From assembly GCF_006345805.1 (NCBI RefSeq), contig NC_043001.1, forward strand, positions 126,914,001-126,978,000: DNA of 64,000 nucleotides. Reading direction: 5' to 3'. The notes under the pieces are model-generated. The model was not told the origin of the DNA. It saw only the letters and a program-made list of their open reading frames with translations, and did not search any database. This document shows positions 37,640 through 50,510 of the stretch, in pieces. The position numbers and the translations under genes were made by a program. Numbering within the stretch: the first letter of the stretch is position 1; each line of letters starts with the position of its first letter. Origin of the DNA: Octopus sinensis (lineage: Eukaryota).

Positions 37640-38035
37640 TACCGATATTTACTGGAAATAGCGAACGTAAAAATACGACGCTAAAGTGTAGCTTCACCGC
37701 GTATGTATTAGTAAAAATGCGTGTGTGCAACAAAATAGAGAAAAAAAACCGTCTTACCTCCAGGGAGAACATCTGAAAGATGAAACACCCGGAAAATGGA
37801 TAATGTGGTACCTGCAGGTTTCAGGTTTTGCAAGATATGTCTCTCACCCATATTTGCTTTACCTTCTTCAGCCAAACATATACCAAGACGAAACTACGAT
37901 GTTACCACATAAATACCAACACACTCGACTAAAATACGGAACGCTAACAGTACAAGAAACGGTGAAGAAGTTTCAAAATATCAGTAATGCAATACAAAGT
38001 ATTGCCTTCCAGTAAAAAGTAGCCCGTGAGGGAAA
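37640..38035 (-). mobile_element. PLE terminal-repeat region
   Basis: Contains the intact hammerhead below and a downstream GAG|GTAAGA donor-like site; flanked by (TA)n and NTRFHIKNLAKQI fragments. Confidence 0.55.
37806..37874 (-). ncRNA. Intact type I hammerhead ribozyme with extended helix II
   Basis: TGG-CTGAAGA-AGGT aaa GCAA ATATG ggtgagaga CATAT c TTGC aaa ACCT-GAAA-CC TGCA GG-TA-CCA. All core nucleotides present; predicted GUA cleavage between 37809 and 37808. Confidence 0.8.
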
Positions 38036-38859
38036 AATACACAATATACATATATATATATATACATATATATATATATTTGTTTTGCAAGATTTTTGAT
38101 GTGAAATCGTGTGTTATATATACATATATACACATACACATATATATATGTATGTATATATACACACAAATACACGCATACACACACACAATCACATCAC
38201 ACACAGACATAGACACGCGCACTCACTCACACACATATATATACACATACATACACACTCCCCGTACACATTAATAGAGATAGATAGATAGATACGTGCA
38301 AGTATAGACATATTTATGTATGCACACAGATATATGTGTGTGTGTGTGCGTATGTACCTGTCTGTATGTATATGTATGCGTATGTATGAAAGCATATCAA
38401 TGGTTGTCAAAAGCAAGAAAAGGGTATCCAAGAGCGAACTCTGTAATAAAATATTATTTAAGGCTTTAAAAAATCCAGACTAATGTTGGGACATGTTGAA
38501 ATTTCAGAATTTTATTACTGTCAAGTGTGATTAATAAAACAAAGCGATAGAATGTTTCATTGCTTTTTAATTTTTAATCTTCAAATCGTACTTACCACTA
38601 TGTTTTTCATTAATTTTGAAAGCGAAGAACAGCAGGAATTTTCTTTCTGTTTTTGGTTTTTCGGCCAGTGGTATTTCGAATTAAACAGAAACACTCCAGC
38701 TATGTGTGCGTGTGTGTGTGTCTGTGTGTGTGTGTCTGTTTGTGTATGTATGTCTATACATAATACTTGTTGCCACTTCAACATGGCTGTTCCGTAAAAA
38801 CCGAGGTTAATACAGTTCTATATTTAAGAGGTGAATATTTGATGAATATTTGTCCTCAT

Positions 38860-39110
38860 TTTCTGTTGTGTCTGGGGAGAGTCATTCTCTTTTAGTGCCT
38901 TAATATTTAACACACTCACCGGTAAAATTTCCACTTTTTCTTATTTTTATTTCCTAAAATTTTCGTTGCGTCTTGCAACCTTTTCAATAGTCTTGACTCT
39001 CATGTTGTTTGTTGTCAACACATCGTGTCGGCTGATATACTCTCCAGCATTCATCAGGTGTCTTGGGGAAATTTCAAACCTGGATTCTCATTCCTAAGGT
39101 ATTTTTTTAT
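38860..39110 (-). mobile_element. Non-coding repeat carrying a degenerate hammerhead (39018-39061)
   Basis: ACAC-CTGATGA-A-TGCTGG agagtata TCAGCC-GACA-CGAT-GTGT; second family copy at 35357. Confidence 0.55.
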
Positions 39111-39487
39111 GTTATTATTATTATTATTATTATTATTATATGGAATCGAACTCGGAATCTTGGGGTTAGTAACCACTACGCCATTTTTAACCCCAAAAGG
39201 ACACCTCGACTAGCTGGTTATCCATGCAATATGCACCCGATATATATATTGCCAGGTTGGAAGGGAACCCACTAGAGCGTCCGGTTTCTAGCTATTTTTG
39301 CCCTTCTCAGTGATGAGTACCTGTCCGCTAGAGATAGCAGTAGCTCGTTCCGGTTCGCAATATATAGAAAAATAAATGACAGCCAGACATTGGAACTGAT
39401 TATACAGTCAAAGTTGATAGTTAAGAAATCTCTATGAGAAATATTAGTAACTATACTGAAATGTAGTGTTGCAATATATGTTGGGTG

Positions 39488-39534
<47 letters not shown>

Positions 39535-39614
39535 ATGTATGTATGTATGTATGCATGCATGCATGCATGCATGTAAGTATGTATGTATGTATGTATTTGT
39601 GTGTGTGCGTGTGC

Positions 39615-39653
<39 letters not shown>

Positions 39654-39689
39654 TGTATGTTTATATCTGTATGTCTCTTCCCATGCCAT

Positions 39690-40200
39690 GGTAGTGGTCG
39701 TCCAGATCCTTTTGCCCTGCACAGAGAGCCTTCCTCTTCGGAATTTTTGTGCCATGTCCAAATCTGTACTGTCGCGGGAGAAGTGGAGGGCAGGATGGAA
39801 AGATTTGACAAAAGATAGGAAAGAGTCTAAATGTTCGCGGGAGAGTGAGGTTGCACCGATATCGGCGTCAATATAACGACCGTATAGTTCAGGAGTAGGA
39901 CTACTGAAACTTGAGAATATTTGGGCCTCAACGTAGCCAACGAACATATTCGCATAGTTGGGGTCCATTCTCGTTCCCATGGCCATTCCCTAGACTCTCT
40001 CAAAAATGCACGCCGCACAGTCTTGTTCGACTGTGTTCGGGCATACTCCAACACACAAAACGTCTTTTCTCTTCCACTGAATGTCATTTCTATACCTGAA
40101 AAGGTAGACATATCAAACATTAAGCATAAAAGTTTGACCTGTTTCTACACATGCTGTTAAAATTTGAAGTCATTTGAACAAGAACTGGCAAATTTATTAG
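39690..40200 (-). mobile_element. Tc1/mariner-type transposase N-terminus, interrupted by a PLE fragment (39777-39995)
   Basis: MTFSGREKTFCVLEYARTQSNKTVRRAFLRE...ATVQIWTWHK...GSLCRAKGSGRP. Confidence 0.75.
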
Positions 40201-40235
40201 ATTGCAAATAAGCATGTTTATTTGCCTTTTTACTT

Positions 40236-40284
<49 letters not shown>

Positions 40285-40989
40285 CTATAAATACGCATAT
40301 AAACATGTGTACTTTCAGTCCAATATACAAAAATAAGCATATAGCATATTAACCTTGTTAAAGTGTGATATGACTTGGAAATTTCGGCCAACCCACGTTC
40401 ATCAGGCAGTAATAAATATGTGTGTGGGTGTAGTGAGAATTTACAAAGAAACAAAAGACGAAGACGGGTGTGTAAACAACAAAAAGATGTTTAACGCTCG
40501 TGAAGTGAGAAAGTCATTAACGTTTCGAGCCTACGCTCTTCGACAGAAAGGAACACAGAAATAAACAGGGAGAGAAAATAGAAAAAACGTTTAGTGGCTA
40601 GCGATCTATCATGGCGAAAGCCGGACAGAGGGGTCACACAGGAGAGCAAGGAAGAAGGGGAGGTAATAAAATAGTGGTGATCCCAAAACGAAGGTGCGCG
40701 TGCGTGTGTATGTGAGAGCATGTATGTGCGTATATGCATGTGTAGGTGCGTTGATGATGGTGTAGGTCCTGGGAAGTGGTCAGTGCTAGTGTGTGCGCCG
40801 ATGTGGAAGCTGGGAAGTGGTTAGTGCTAGTGTGTGCGAGGTGGTGTGATGTGGTGTAGTGTGGTATGGTGGTGTGTGGTGTGTGGTGTGGTAGTGTGTG
40901 GTGTGATGTGGTGGAGTGTTGGTATGTGGTGTGGTGGTGTGGGGGTGTGGGGGAGTCTAAAATGGGGGAGTAAGAGTGGGGTCTAATGG

Positions 40990-42300
40990 ATGGGTGTCTG
41001 TGAGGGGGGGTTGGAGAGGTAAGAGCAAGTTTTGGCAGCTTAGGGGGGCAGGGGAACAAGCCAGGCTGGGAAGTTGGGTTAAGGAAGAAGCTGTGGACCA
41101 AGAGGTCTCGTAGGTTGTGGGCTCGTTTGAAGGATGGGAGGGGTCGGTTAGTGAAGATCTGTGAAGTGGAGGGGTCGGCCTGGAGTCGCCGGAAGGCTCA
41201 GAGAATGGTGCATTGGAGAGGAAGGGTGGTGGGGTGGTAGGTGAGGGAAAAAGGGATACGGGTGACGGCGGGGAGGTGCGGGGGAGAGAGCAGATTCACA
41301 GTTCACGGAACGTGCTCTGGGAAGGGCGGTGTGGATAGTGGTAAGGGGATATCCACGTAGGATGAAGTGGTGATGGGATATCCACGTAGTATGAGTTGAG
41401 ACTGAATATCAAAGTCATGGTCGTCACTGCAGAGCCTGCGTAAACGGAGGAATTGGGAACAGGTGATGGAGAGCTTGGTGTGTTTAGAGTGGGAGGAGGA
41501 GAAGTTCAGGTATGAGTGTGAGTCTCTGTGTTTGTAGTGGATAGATGTGGTGGGAGTGGAGTGATGAATGCTGACCGAAATGTCGAGAATGGCGACTGAG
41601 GTGTCGGAAATAATGCAGGAGAAGTGGAGGGCAGGATGGAAAGATTTGACAAAAGAGAGGAAAGAGTCTAAATGTTCGCGGGAGAGTGAGGTTGCACCGA
41701 TATTGCCGTCAATGTAACGACCGTATACTTCAGGAGTGGGACTACTGAAACTTGAGAATATTTGGGCCTGAACGTAGCCAACGAACAGGTTCGCATAGTT
41801 GGGGTCCATTCTCGTTCCCATGGCCATTCCCTAGACACTGCTGGTGAAAATCACCCGCGAACTGATTCGCATAGTTGGGGTCCATTCTCGTTCCCATGGC
41901 CATTCCCTAGACACTGCTGGTAAAAATCACCCGCGAACGAGAAGCAGTTAAGTGAGAGGACAAGTTCGGCCAGACGAAGGAGCGTGGATGTGTCAGGTTG
42001 GGGATTAGATCGGAAGTCAAAGAAATGTTGGAGTGCGCGCAGCCCTTTGTGATGAGGGTCACCGTGAATAGACTCTTGATGTCAAGAGTGAAGAGAAATT
42101 TAGAGGGGCCAGGAGGGAAGGAGAAAGAGTTGAACAAACGAAGAGCATGGTTGGTGTCATGGATGTGAGAGGGGAGAGAAGCCATTAGGGGGGGCACGAT
42201 AACTAGAGATGAGTTCGGTGGGACAGCTGCAGGCGGAGACGATAGGGCGGCCAGGGTTGTTAGGTTTGTGAATTTTGGGGAGGAAGTAAATATTATTATC
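40990..42300 (-). mobile_element. PLE RT fragment, same family as 3105-4327
   Basis: [65 protein letters not shown]; internal ~75-bp tandem duplication at ~41790-41940. Confidence 0.9.
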
Positions 42301-42307
42301 ATTATAT

Positions 42308-42463
42308 ACGAAGGGCTTCTTTCAGGTTCCCTCAACCAAATTCACACGCAAGGCTTTCATCGGCCCGGAAATTTAGTAGTAGAAAACGCTCGTCCAAAGT
42401 CTCACACAGTGGGCCTGAACCTGGAACTATGTGCTTGAGAGGCAAACTTTTTATCACACAGCC
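42308..42463 (-). mobile_element. SINE family A, 5' part
   Basis: Reverse complement of the head region. Confidence 0.65.
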
Positions 42464-42869
42464 ACGACAGCAATTTTTGTATTTATGTAGTTATGCACAC
42501 ACATACACAAATACACACACACAAATACACACACAAATACATACACATACAGTAGCACACAAATGTGCCAGTGTGTATAGATATATATATATACATATAA
42601 TCTGTATGAATTTATAAATTTGTATATTCGAATTTCTTCATTATGCCAAAGACCAAAGACCAAAGCTCCATGATTCATATGCTACATATGGTCAACATAA
42701 GAAGAATATTCAAACAAGCGGCAACTATATTTTTCTTGAATCCAGAAAGGTAAAGACTGCACAGAGGTTGAAGAGCATTATTTCTATAACCGGGAAAATC
42801 ATGTAAGAATATGTACAAGAAAGACAATCACCATATATAAAATCTATTGCTCATGCTAATTACGTCGTG

Positions 42870-42890
42870 ATATGTATATATGTACATATA

Positions 42891-42950
<60 letters not shown>

Positions 42951-43290
42951 TGTGCGTAGATATATATATTGATAGATAGATAGATATATGTATATATATA
43001 GATATGTATGTATATATATATATATATATATATGTGTGTATATGTATATATATATGTGTATATATATATAGATATATATATATGTATGCATATATATATA
43101 TGTATATATATATGTATATACATGTATGTATATTTGTATATATATATATATATATGTGTGTATATATATATATTTATATTTATATATTTGTATGTATATA
43201 TATGTATTTGTATTATATACATATGTGAGTATATATATATGTATATATACATACATACATATATTCATACACATATACATATATATACAT
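42870..43290. repeat. Long degenerate (TA)n/(TATG) microsatellite
   Basis: Direct inspection; source of several spurious YI-repeat ORFs. Confidence 0.95.
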
Positions 43291-43434
43291 ACTATTCAAA
43301 AGTAACTGGTAGCAACTTCCCTTGAAAATGGACAAAATCTGGCGTCGTTATGTTATCAAGTATACTCATACATACACAAACACACATACTCGCGCGATCA
43401 TACACACACAATCACACACATATATATATATATG

Positions 43435-43580
43435 ACGGGCTTCTTTTAGTTTTCGTCTCCGGAATCCACTTGCAAGGATTTGGTCGACCCGAGTCTATAG
43501 TAGAAGATACTTGCCGAAGGTGCCACACAGTGGGACTGAATCCAGGACCATGCTGCTAGGAAGCAATCTTATCACACACC
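43435..43580 (-). mobile_element. SINE family A, 5' part
   Basis: Reverse complement of the head region. Confidence 0.7.
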
Positions 43581-43629
43581 TACGCCTGCACCTTCATATA
43601 TATGTGTATACATTCATGTATATATATAC

Positions 43630-43683
<54 letters not shown>

Positions 43684-44524
43684 CGTTCTCTGGAGAATTC
43701 TAAGATTCCAACAACCTTTCAGCTATATTACATTTTTGTCGTTGTTTTAATCTCTTGGAATTAAATCTGCTGTAAAGTAGGGGCTTCCGTAACTTAGCAA
43801 CTGAGAAACATGGCATCTAACATCTTAGCAGTGCCATTTGTGAATAAATGGAAATCAATAGATTAATTTCTTGCATACTTTTGACCATTAGAAAACAACA
43901 CATATGACCATACTGTCTTTCGCGTCTCACAGGTCCCTTCCCCTCTTTCTTTCGTTCCTTATCTCTCTCCTCTTCTGTGCTTATGTACATATGTATGTAT
44001 ATACCTAGACTCATTTGTATATTTATTTCAATCGCCGAACGATACTTTCTCATTCTCTTCATGTGTCTTAATCTCTCTATTTCCTTCCGTTTCACTTTGT
44101 GACTTTTCTCTGTCTCCCTCTTTTTGTATTTATCTCTCTCTCTCTCTCTCTCTCTCACATACACACACACACATTCCTCCTCTTTCTCTCTCCCTTGTTC
44201 CCTCTCTCATTCTCTCTTTCTCTCTCTCACTCTCTATCTCTCTCCCTCTCTCTCTCTTGTTATCTACATGCCTGTCTGATTTTCTTTCGTTTGTTGTGGA
44301 CCTCTCTCTTTCTCTTCCTCTCTTTCTTTGGGTGTCTAACTATCTAACTATCTCCCTCCCATTCTCCCTATATCTTCTTTCTTCTTTCTCTCTCTCTTAG
44401 CCTCTCTCTTCTCTTTCCTTCTCTCTTAGACTTTCTCTCTTCTCTTTCTCTCTCTATCACTTCCCATCATTATGTTTACATCTCCGTCTAGTAATCCTAA
44501 TAAATGTATCCTTGTCTTTCCAGT

Positions 44525-44561
<37 letters not shown>

Positions 44562-44818
44562 CTCTCTCTCTCTCTATCACTTTCAGTCTCTCACCCTCTC
44601 CTCCCTCACTCTGCTTCTGTCTTCCTGCCTTTCTATATTTCTGTCTGTGTTACACTCTGGTTCTCAGTCTGTCTCGGTTTCTTCCTTAATATATTCTTGT
44701 GTCTCTCTTTCTTCCTAACACCTCTTGTTTCTTTCCCTATCTCTCCATCTTTCACTCTAACATGCATACACACACAAACACACACACACACACAAACACA
44801 CACATACTCACACAGACA

Positions 44819-44857
<39 letters not shown>

Positions 44858-45084
44858 TCTTTGCTTATTATTCTTCTTTCGTGATTTCGGAAACAAACTT
44901 CGTAGGTTGTGTCAGTTAGGTTATACTAGTTAGGTATGGCGAATATGTTGTTGGCACCTAACCTACTGAACCAATCGCAGAAACGTCGCTTCAATTGAAA
45001 GTTAAGATTAACAATGTCAAAAACCGCTTTTGAGGATCTAGACACTGCATTGTGTTCCAAACTCCGCTGGATTTAAACAACACA

Positions 45085-45304
45085 TACAGGAGGCTGCTGA
45101 ACAGTTCCTGGCTTTAAGGGTATCCCGAAAGACCTGGTTGGAAGCCTAAACTTCCGAGTTGTTTTTCAGGGATTAGAAAAACTGAAGGACTGCTGCAATA
45201 AGTGTGTGAATCTGCGAAGGGAATATGTTGATTAAATCATAATTAACTGATCCTCTTGCATTTTCTTTTGCCCAGAACCAGGAACTTTTGAGAACCTCCC
45301 CGTA
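45085..45304 (+). mobile_element. Mariner-derived MITE
   Basis: TA-flanked inverted ends (tac.ggag...gttcctgg / ccaggaac...ctcccgta); homologous to 49022-49401. Confidence 0.75.
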
Positions 45305-45403
45305 TGAACGAAACATATCTGTAAACATTATACAGTACTCCAGCTTAGAAAATTACTATTTGTAAATCTCATAACGAGAGATATTCAGCAACAGTCCTTT
45401 GGA

Positions 45404-45590
45404 GTAAAGACTGTTTGCCAGCATAACATGGTAGTCCTGGTTTAGGACGATTCTAGAATCCCTTGTTCGAAAATATAAGGACACAGATCGTGTCGTATAG
45501 CCAGATGGAGACGATGTCTCCTGGGGCTAAATTACAGCAACATTCGTCCTAAACCATGACTGCCATGTTATGTTGGCAAGCAATCTTTAC
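45404..45590. mobile_element. Tc1/mariner-type MITE with ~47-bp TIRs
   Basis: gtaaagactgtttgccagcataacatggtagtcctggtttaggacga and its reverse complement at 45544-45590. Confidence 0.8.
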
Positions 45591-46414
45591 ATGCATGTAT
45601 TAGTGGACTGTTCCCTGGGAAGAACACACTGGAAAGACATAAGAAAGCTTGCTGCTAGTGGAGTGACGCAGAAGCCAAGGCTGTGCTTCATTCATACGGG
45701 GAGGTTCTCAAGAGTTTCTGGTTTTCGGCAAAATGTAATTAACATTCACAAATTTGTAGAATACCGACAGGTATCCCAAAGCCATGAGTACCCACCAAAG
45801 GTGAGGAAAAACGTTGTTTAACCCCCAACCAAGAGGCGAAGCTGAAGATCATTTCTTTTTTTTTTTCATCCAACGAAATTCTCTGCTCTCTTCTCTTCCC
45901 CATGAATTTTAACAGATTGGAGAAAATAACCTCTCCATCATCTCCCGCTTATACCAATATTTAAACGAGATTGCGAATGTTTTATATAAAGGACAAAGTC
46001 AACCACTTACACCTCGTTCACTATATCTCTTACACCAGAGAGACGAGCTTCTTATCCGTCTGGGAAAAGGATGTTAAGGCAATCTTCACTCCAGAACCGC
46101 ATATATTCAGAGAACAACTTTGATGTATTTGAATAAAAGTATACTTTTGTCTATTATCCTTCCTTGCAGCCATCTAGCATTTATAAATTTTTACACTGTA
46201 GTCTTTTTGTATCACGTTCCCTTACATACTGGGAATTTTGGCAGACACGTCGAGCTTAGCGGCAAGCCATTCCTGTGCCTGAAAACAGTTCAGCAAAACA
46301 TTATTAAACAATATCAGTCATTAAAATGCTACTATTTCTGTCTGATCAAGACGGAATTCTGTCTCCGTTGTGTTTTTGCCATTGTGATTTATAAAATGGC
46401 TTACATCCCCTCAT

Positions 46415-46685
46415 ATTTACGAGAGAGGGTTGAAAAGTTTATAGGATGACTATGAAGGAATGATGCTAAAGCTGTCAACTCATTAATAATGCATTGCTTC
46501 TGTAAACGTAAATTGACATCCGTAGCGACTTCTCTTGAAAATGGACAAAATTTGGCATCGTGGAGTTATCAAGTACTTGCAGAAAAACGGTTAGCCCCCA
46601 ACGATATTCATGCTAATATGGTTGCAACATTAGGGGATGACTCTCCAGCTTTATCAATAGCGCAAAAATGGGTAGCTAAATTGAT
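46415..46685 (+). mobile_element. Mariner 5' TIR plus transposase N-terminus fragment
   Basis: MDKIWHRGVIKYLQK...DIHANMVATLGDDSPALSIAQKWVA; a short sister piece lies at ~43305-43350. Confidence 0.75.
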
Positions 46686-47593
46686 AGATTGTCAGAATCA
46701 TTAGGGAGTCGGACAAAATTCCTTGGAGAACTTGGTCGATTTTTATAGTTTGAGATTAATTCCTAATTAGTCATAGGTATGACTATAAACTACATTTGGT
46801 AGTGGGGCCCTGGGGCCCCGGTTTCAAAAATTGAGGAGTGGGGAACAATCTCTTAGCCACTATTGTTCCCAGGTCTACTCTGGCCCGGAGTGGTAGTACC
46901 TGTAAGGGTCTCAGCTACGGGTTGTCTAGCAAACCCCACTGCGACTGGGGGAGGAGGATCAGTAGAATGCAGTCACTGTATTCCCTGCGTGGCGTAAGAG
47001 GCGACTAAAAGGGGCAGGAGCGAAGGGACTGGGAATCCTCTCCTCTTAGTAAAACCACATTCCTAAAAAGGCAGCAAGGAAAAGACAAGAGTTGGAAGAA
47101 GGTTAACACCAAATCTCACCCTAGTACTAGGGTGAGGGAATGTGCGTGGGTGTAGTACAAGTGAGCTAAAGCTTGGACAGTGTTTGTGGACGGGTGAGTG
47201 AATTTTGACGTTGCTCAAAGGGGTACGGAAATGAATGGTTTGCTGGGAAATGAATGGAATGCCTGCTGTGTCTTGCCGTGGCAACCCACTCCTAAAAATG
47301 GAGAATAGGCCAGGATAATATGAATTCCTACTTACATCAAATGGCCTATCATCTTTCCAGAGACGATAAAATAAACTAGAATTCTAGGGTCCAGGCTGTG
47401 GTTATTCCTTCCTTTTACATTTTGAGTTCGCCTGCAACGATATTCATTCCAGGTGGTAGCGGTCTTTGAACAACGTCGACGACATGAAGAGGTGAGTCTG
47501 GTTGCATGAGCAACATTTTCGTTCCTTATGAAATAAAATAAAAACACCTTACTAAACCTGCGTTATTGAGAAAAACTTTTTTTTTATTACAAA

Positions 47594-48099
47594 CTAGCAG
47601 TATCGCCCGGCGTTGCTCGGGTTTGTAAGGGAAATAACTATATAAGCATTTTTAGAGAGTTACTTCCCTTATAAATTCGGGCTTTCTTAGCCATTTTTGT
47701 TTTGGTGTCTTCAAGCCATGAAGTCGTTGTTCTAAAAGAACGCTGGTTTCCTTCACAACGCATTACGACGTTGATTTCTTTACACTCCCTTCCCCACAGC
47801 TTCACGAGGGAGGGAAGGGGGAGAAGCAAACAGGTGCAGCTGTGAGCGTGGACGCCAACTCCGCCGCCATCGACACACGATGCATTTTATGCATTAAAAT
47901 GGAATAAAAAATGATGTTAAATTATTTTTAAAATCGTAGACTCATCGTTGACGCGCGCTAATAGTCAGACGGGCTCGATATGAATCACGACTATAAGATA
48001 CCCGAATTTGGTTAAACTGCACCGCAAAATGTGGGAGGAGTTAGGAATCTAAATCGAAGGGGACAGACACTCACACAACTAGAGTTTTATATATAGAGA
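47594..48099 (-). mobile_element. Complete non-autonomous Helitron, long variant
   Basis: A|TC...cccgagcaacgccggg...CTAG|T on minus; ~220 bp internal segment absent from the 20788 copy. Confidence 0.85.
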
Positions 48100-49021
48100 T
48101 AGGTCATTGCTAAATGACTTCGCTGGGATTTGAACCCAGAAATTAATGGAACGTAAATAATTGAGTGGCAGTATTTGTTGTGGTACTCAGTGCTCTAAGT
48201 TCGAATCCTGCCGGGGTCAACATTATGTGTTACCGTTTCGAAAGTGACAAAAAGTTCATTCCAATGCAGAGAGATGGCGGGACCAAACTATAAGATGTTT
48301 TGCGATATTTGCTTTGGTTCTTTGCGATCCGGGTTCAAATCGCATCACGGCGTATCTGAATGGTTGATTTAATCCCTCGCCACTTGGCACTTTAAATGCC
48401 TTTTGCACAACACACACTTTTCAAGCATTCGGGCTACGTCTCCAGTTTGAGAATACCTTTTTCCACCTACTAGTTTCAGAGGCCTTACAACTACATTTCT
48501 TACAACTACAAAAATAATTTCTCAATACACAGGGTGCTATAAATTTGATGGCAGCGAACAGTCGAATATAAAGACCCGAAATTTTTATTGCTACTTTATT
48601 TTATAGACCTTAGAAGAAAAATGACATGGTTCAGGTATGCTGGATCTCAGAAGGTAAAGACCCGAAACAAATATCGCAAGGGATTTTCTTGCTGCAACGA
48701 CGCTGTCAATCCATCTCCTATCAATAATAATATTTGCTTCTAATCTAGCCACAAAGCCACAGTCTATTATATCGATTCCAGTACTTAGGTTTACCAGAAG
48801 GATGACTTCGGCGTAGTCTAAACTCAGAAAGTAAAGATATAATGTAAAGAAATATAGCAAGTTATTTAACAACAGTAATTCTTTCTAATTTGGAAAAGAC
48901 TTAAAATTTGAGGAGAGCAGATAGCCGAGTAAATTGACCCCGGTACTTGAGTGGTACTTCATCTTATCGGCGCCGAAAGATGAAAAGTAAAGTTGATCTC
49001 GGTGTGATTTGTTTCAGAATA

Positions 49022-49401
49022 TACGAAAGGGTGCAAAAAAGTCCCTGGCTTTAAAGGTGTCGTGAAAGGCCTGGCTGGAGGCCCGACATTCCGGGTTTTT
49101 TTTTACAGGGCTTACAAAACCGGAAAGACTGCTGGGTAAGTCGATTACGTCGACCCTAGAATTAAACGGGTACTTATGTAATCGACCCCGAAAGGATGAA
49201 AGGCAGAGTCGACCTCGGCGGAATGTGATTTGAGGTGAAGACGGACGAAATGCTACTGGGCATTTTTCCCGGCGTGCGAACAATTCTGTCAACTCACCGT
49301 CTTCCAAATGCTTCTAATAATATGTTGAATAAATTCATGATTAACTGATCCTCCTGTATTTTCTTTTACTCAAAGCCGGGAACTTTCCATCGCCCCTCGT
49401 A
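49022..49401 (+). mobile_element. Mariner-derived MITE with a 190-bp SINE-B piece inserted
   Basis: Both halves match 45085-45304; insert at 49133-49322. Confidence 0.8.
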
Positions 49402-49559
49402 AATAGCTGGAGTGAATGCACATGGTATTTTGCCTGCCGCTCTCACAATTCTGTTAATCTACAATCCCTAAAAATTATGACTTGTAATTTAGGTGCTTCA
49501 GCAGCAATTTTGAGGCTGGGGAGAGGGGATTAGTCAATACCATGGAACCCAGTACATGA

Positions 49560-50005
49560 CTAGCATTTAAACTAACGCCCGATAATGATGTCAAATTTTG
49601 GCACAGGACCAGCAGTTTTCGGGAGAAGGGGAATTTGACTATCAGTAACTGACTGGTACTTATTTTATAGAGATGATAAGAAGCTAAGTCGACCTCGGCG
49701 AAATTTGAACTCAGAACGTAAAAACGTACGAAAGGCCACCAAGTGTTTTATCTGGCGTTCTAAAGGTTCTGCCAGCACACATCCTTGACAATGATTTCAA
49801 ATTTTGGCACAAGACCAATAATTTCCAGGGAGGTGATAAGTCAATTACATCGACTCCAATAATCAACTGGTACTTATCGACTCCGAGAGAATGAAAAGCT
49901 AAGCCGTCCACGGCGGAATTTGAACTCAAAATGTAAAAACGGACGAAAGGCCCGCTAAGAGTTTTGTTTGGCCTGCTAAAGGTTCTGCCAGCACGCCGTC
50001 TTACC
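49560..50005 (-). mobile_element. Stack of degraded SINE family B fragments
   Basis: Repeated gtcgacctcggcg.aatttgaactca motifs. Confidence 0.65.
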
Positions 50006-50510
50006 GTTTAAAGCAATAAAATCAGAATTTACTGTACTGGTAGCTCGCTATGAAAATAATAATAAAGTAGAATATCCGACTCTCTTATTAAATAAATCAT
50101 TTGTGAAACAAAATATAAATAAATGCATAAATAAATAAATACATAAAATGCACATGGAGTCATGTTGCTGAAAGTATTGATATTAAAAGTATTACCTTTC
50201 GCTTATATTGAAATGGAAAGTATTCTCACTTGAAAATGTCATTAATTAACAGATGGGAGAAAGAAACAAAATATATGTAAATGCAGAAAAGATTTATGAA
50301 TGGACTCATGAAATATTTCCCACTGTTATTAATGATTTCATAGCAAATCATGACACGCGAATGTCATCCAGCCGGAGGTGAGTTATGAGTGAGCAGAGTC
50401 CACGACCCGGTTTCGAGTTCCACGCCTACAGGCACTACAATCACATGTTCTCACACAAACGTAACATGTGTGTGTGTGTGTATACATACATATATATATA
50501 TACATATATA

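Noticed and set aside
39275-39312. CTGA-GA...GAAACCGG on minus
   Set aside because: N7 missing, U16.1 missing and no helix I pairing.
40370-40410. CTGATGA...GCCGAAA on minus
   Set aside because: Helix II weak and no helix I complement.
46955-47015. RTE-leader-like cctgcgtggcgtaagaggcgactaaaagggg as an HDV-like ribozyme
   Set aside because: I could not build the P1/P1.1/P3 double pseudoknot by eye; only a simple hairpin forms.
47400-47540. Possible minus-strand exon after a T-rich cataag acceptor
   Set aside because: Weak donor, short frame and no homology; insufficient support.
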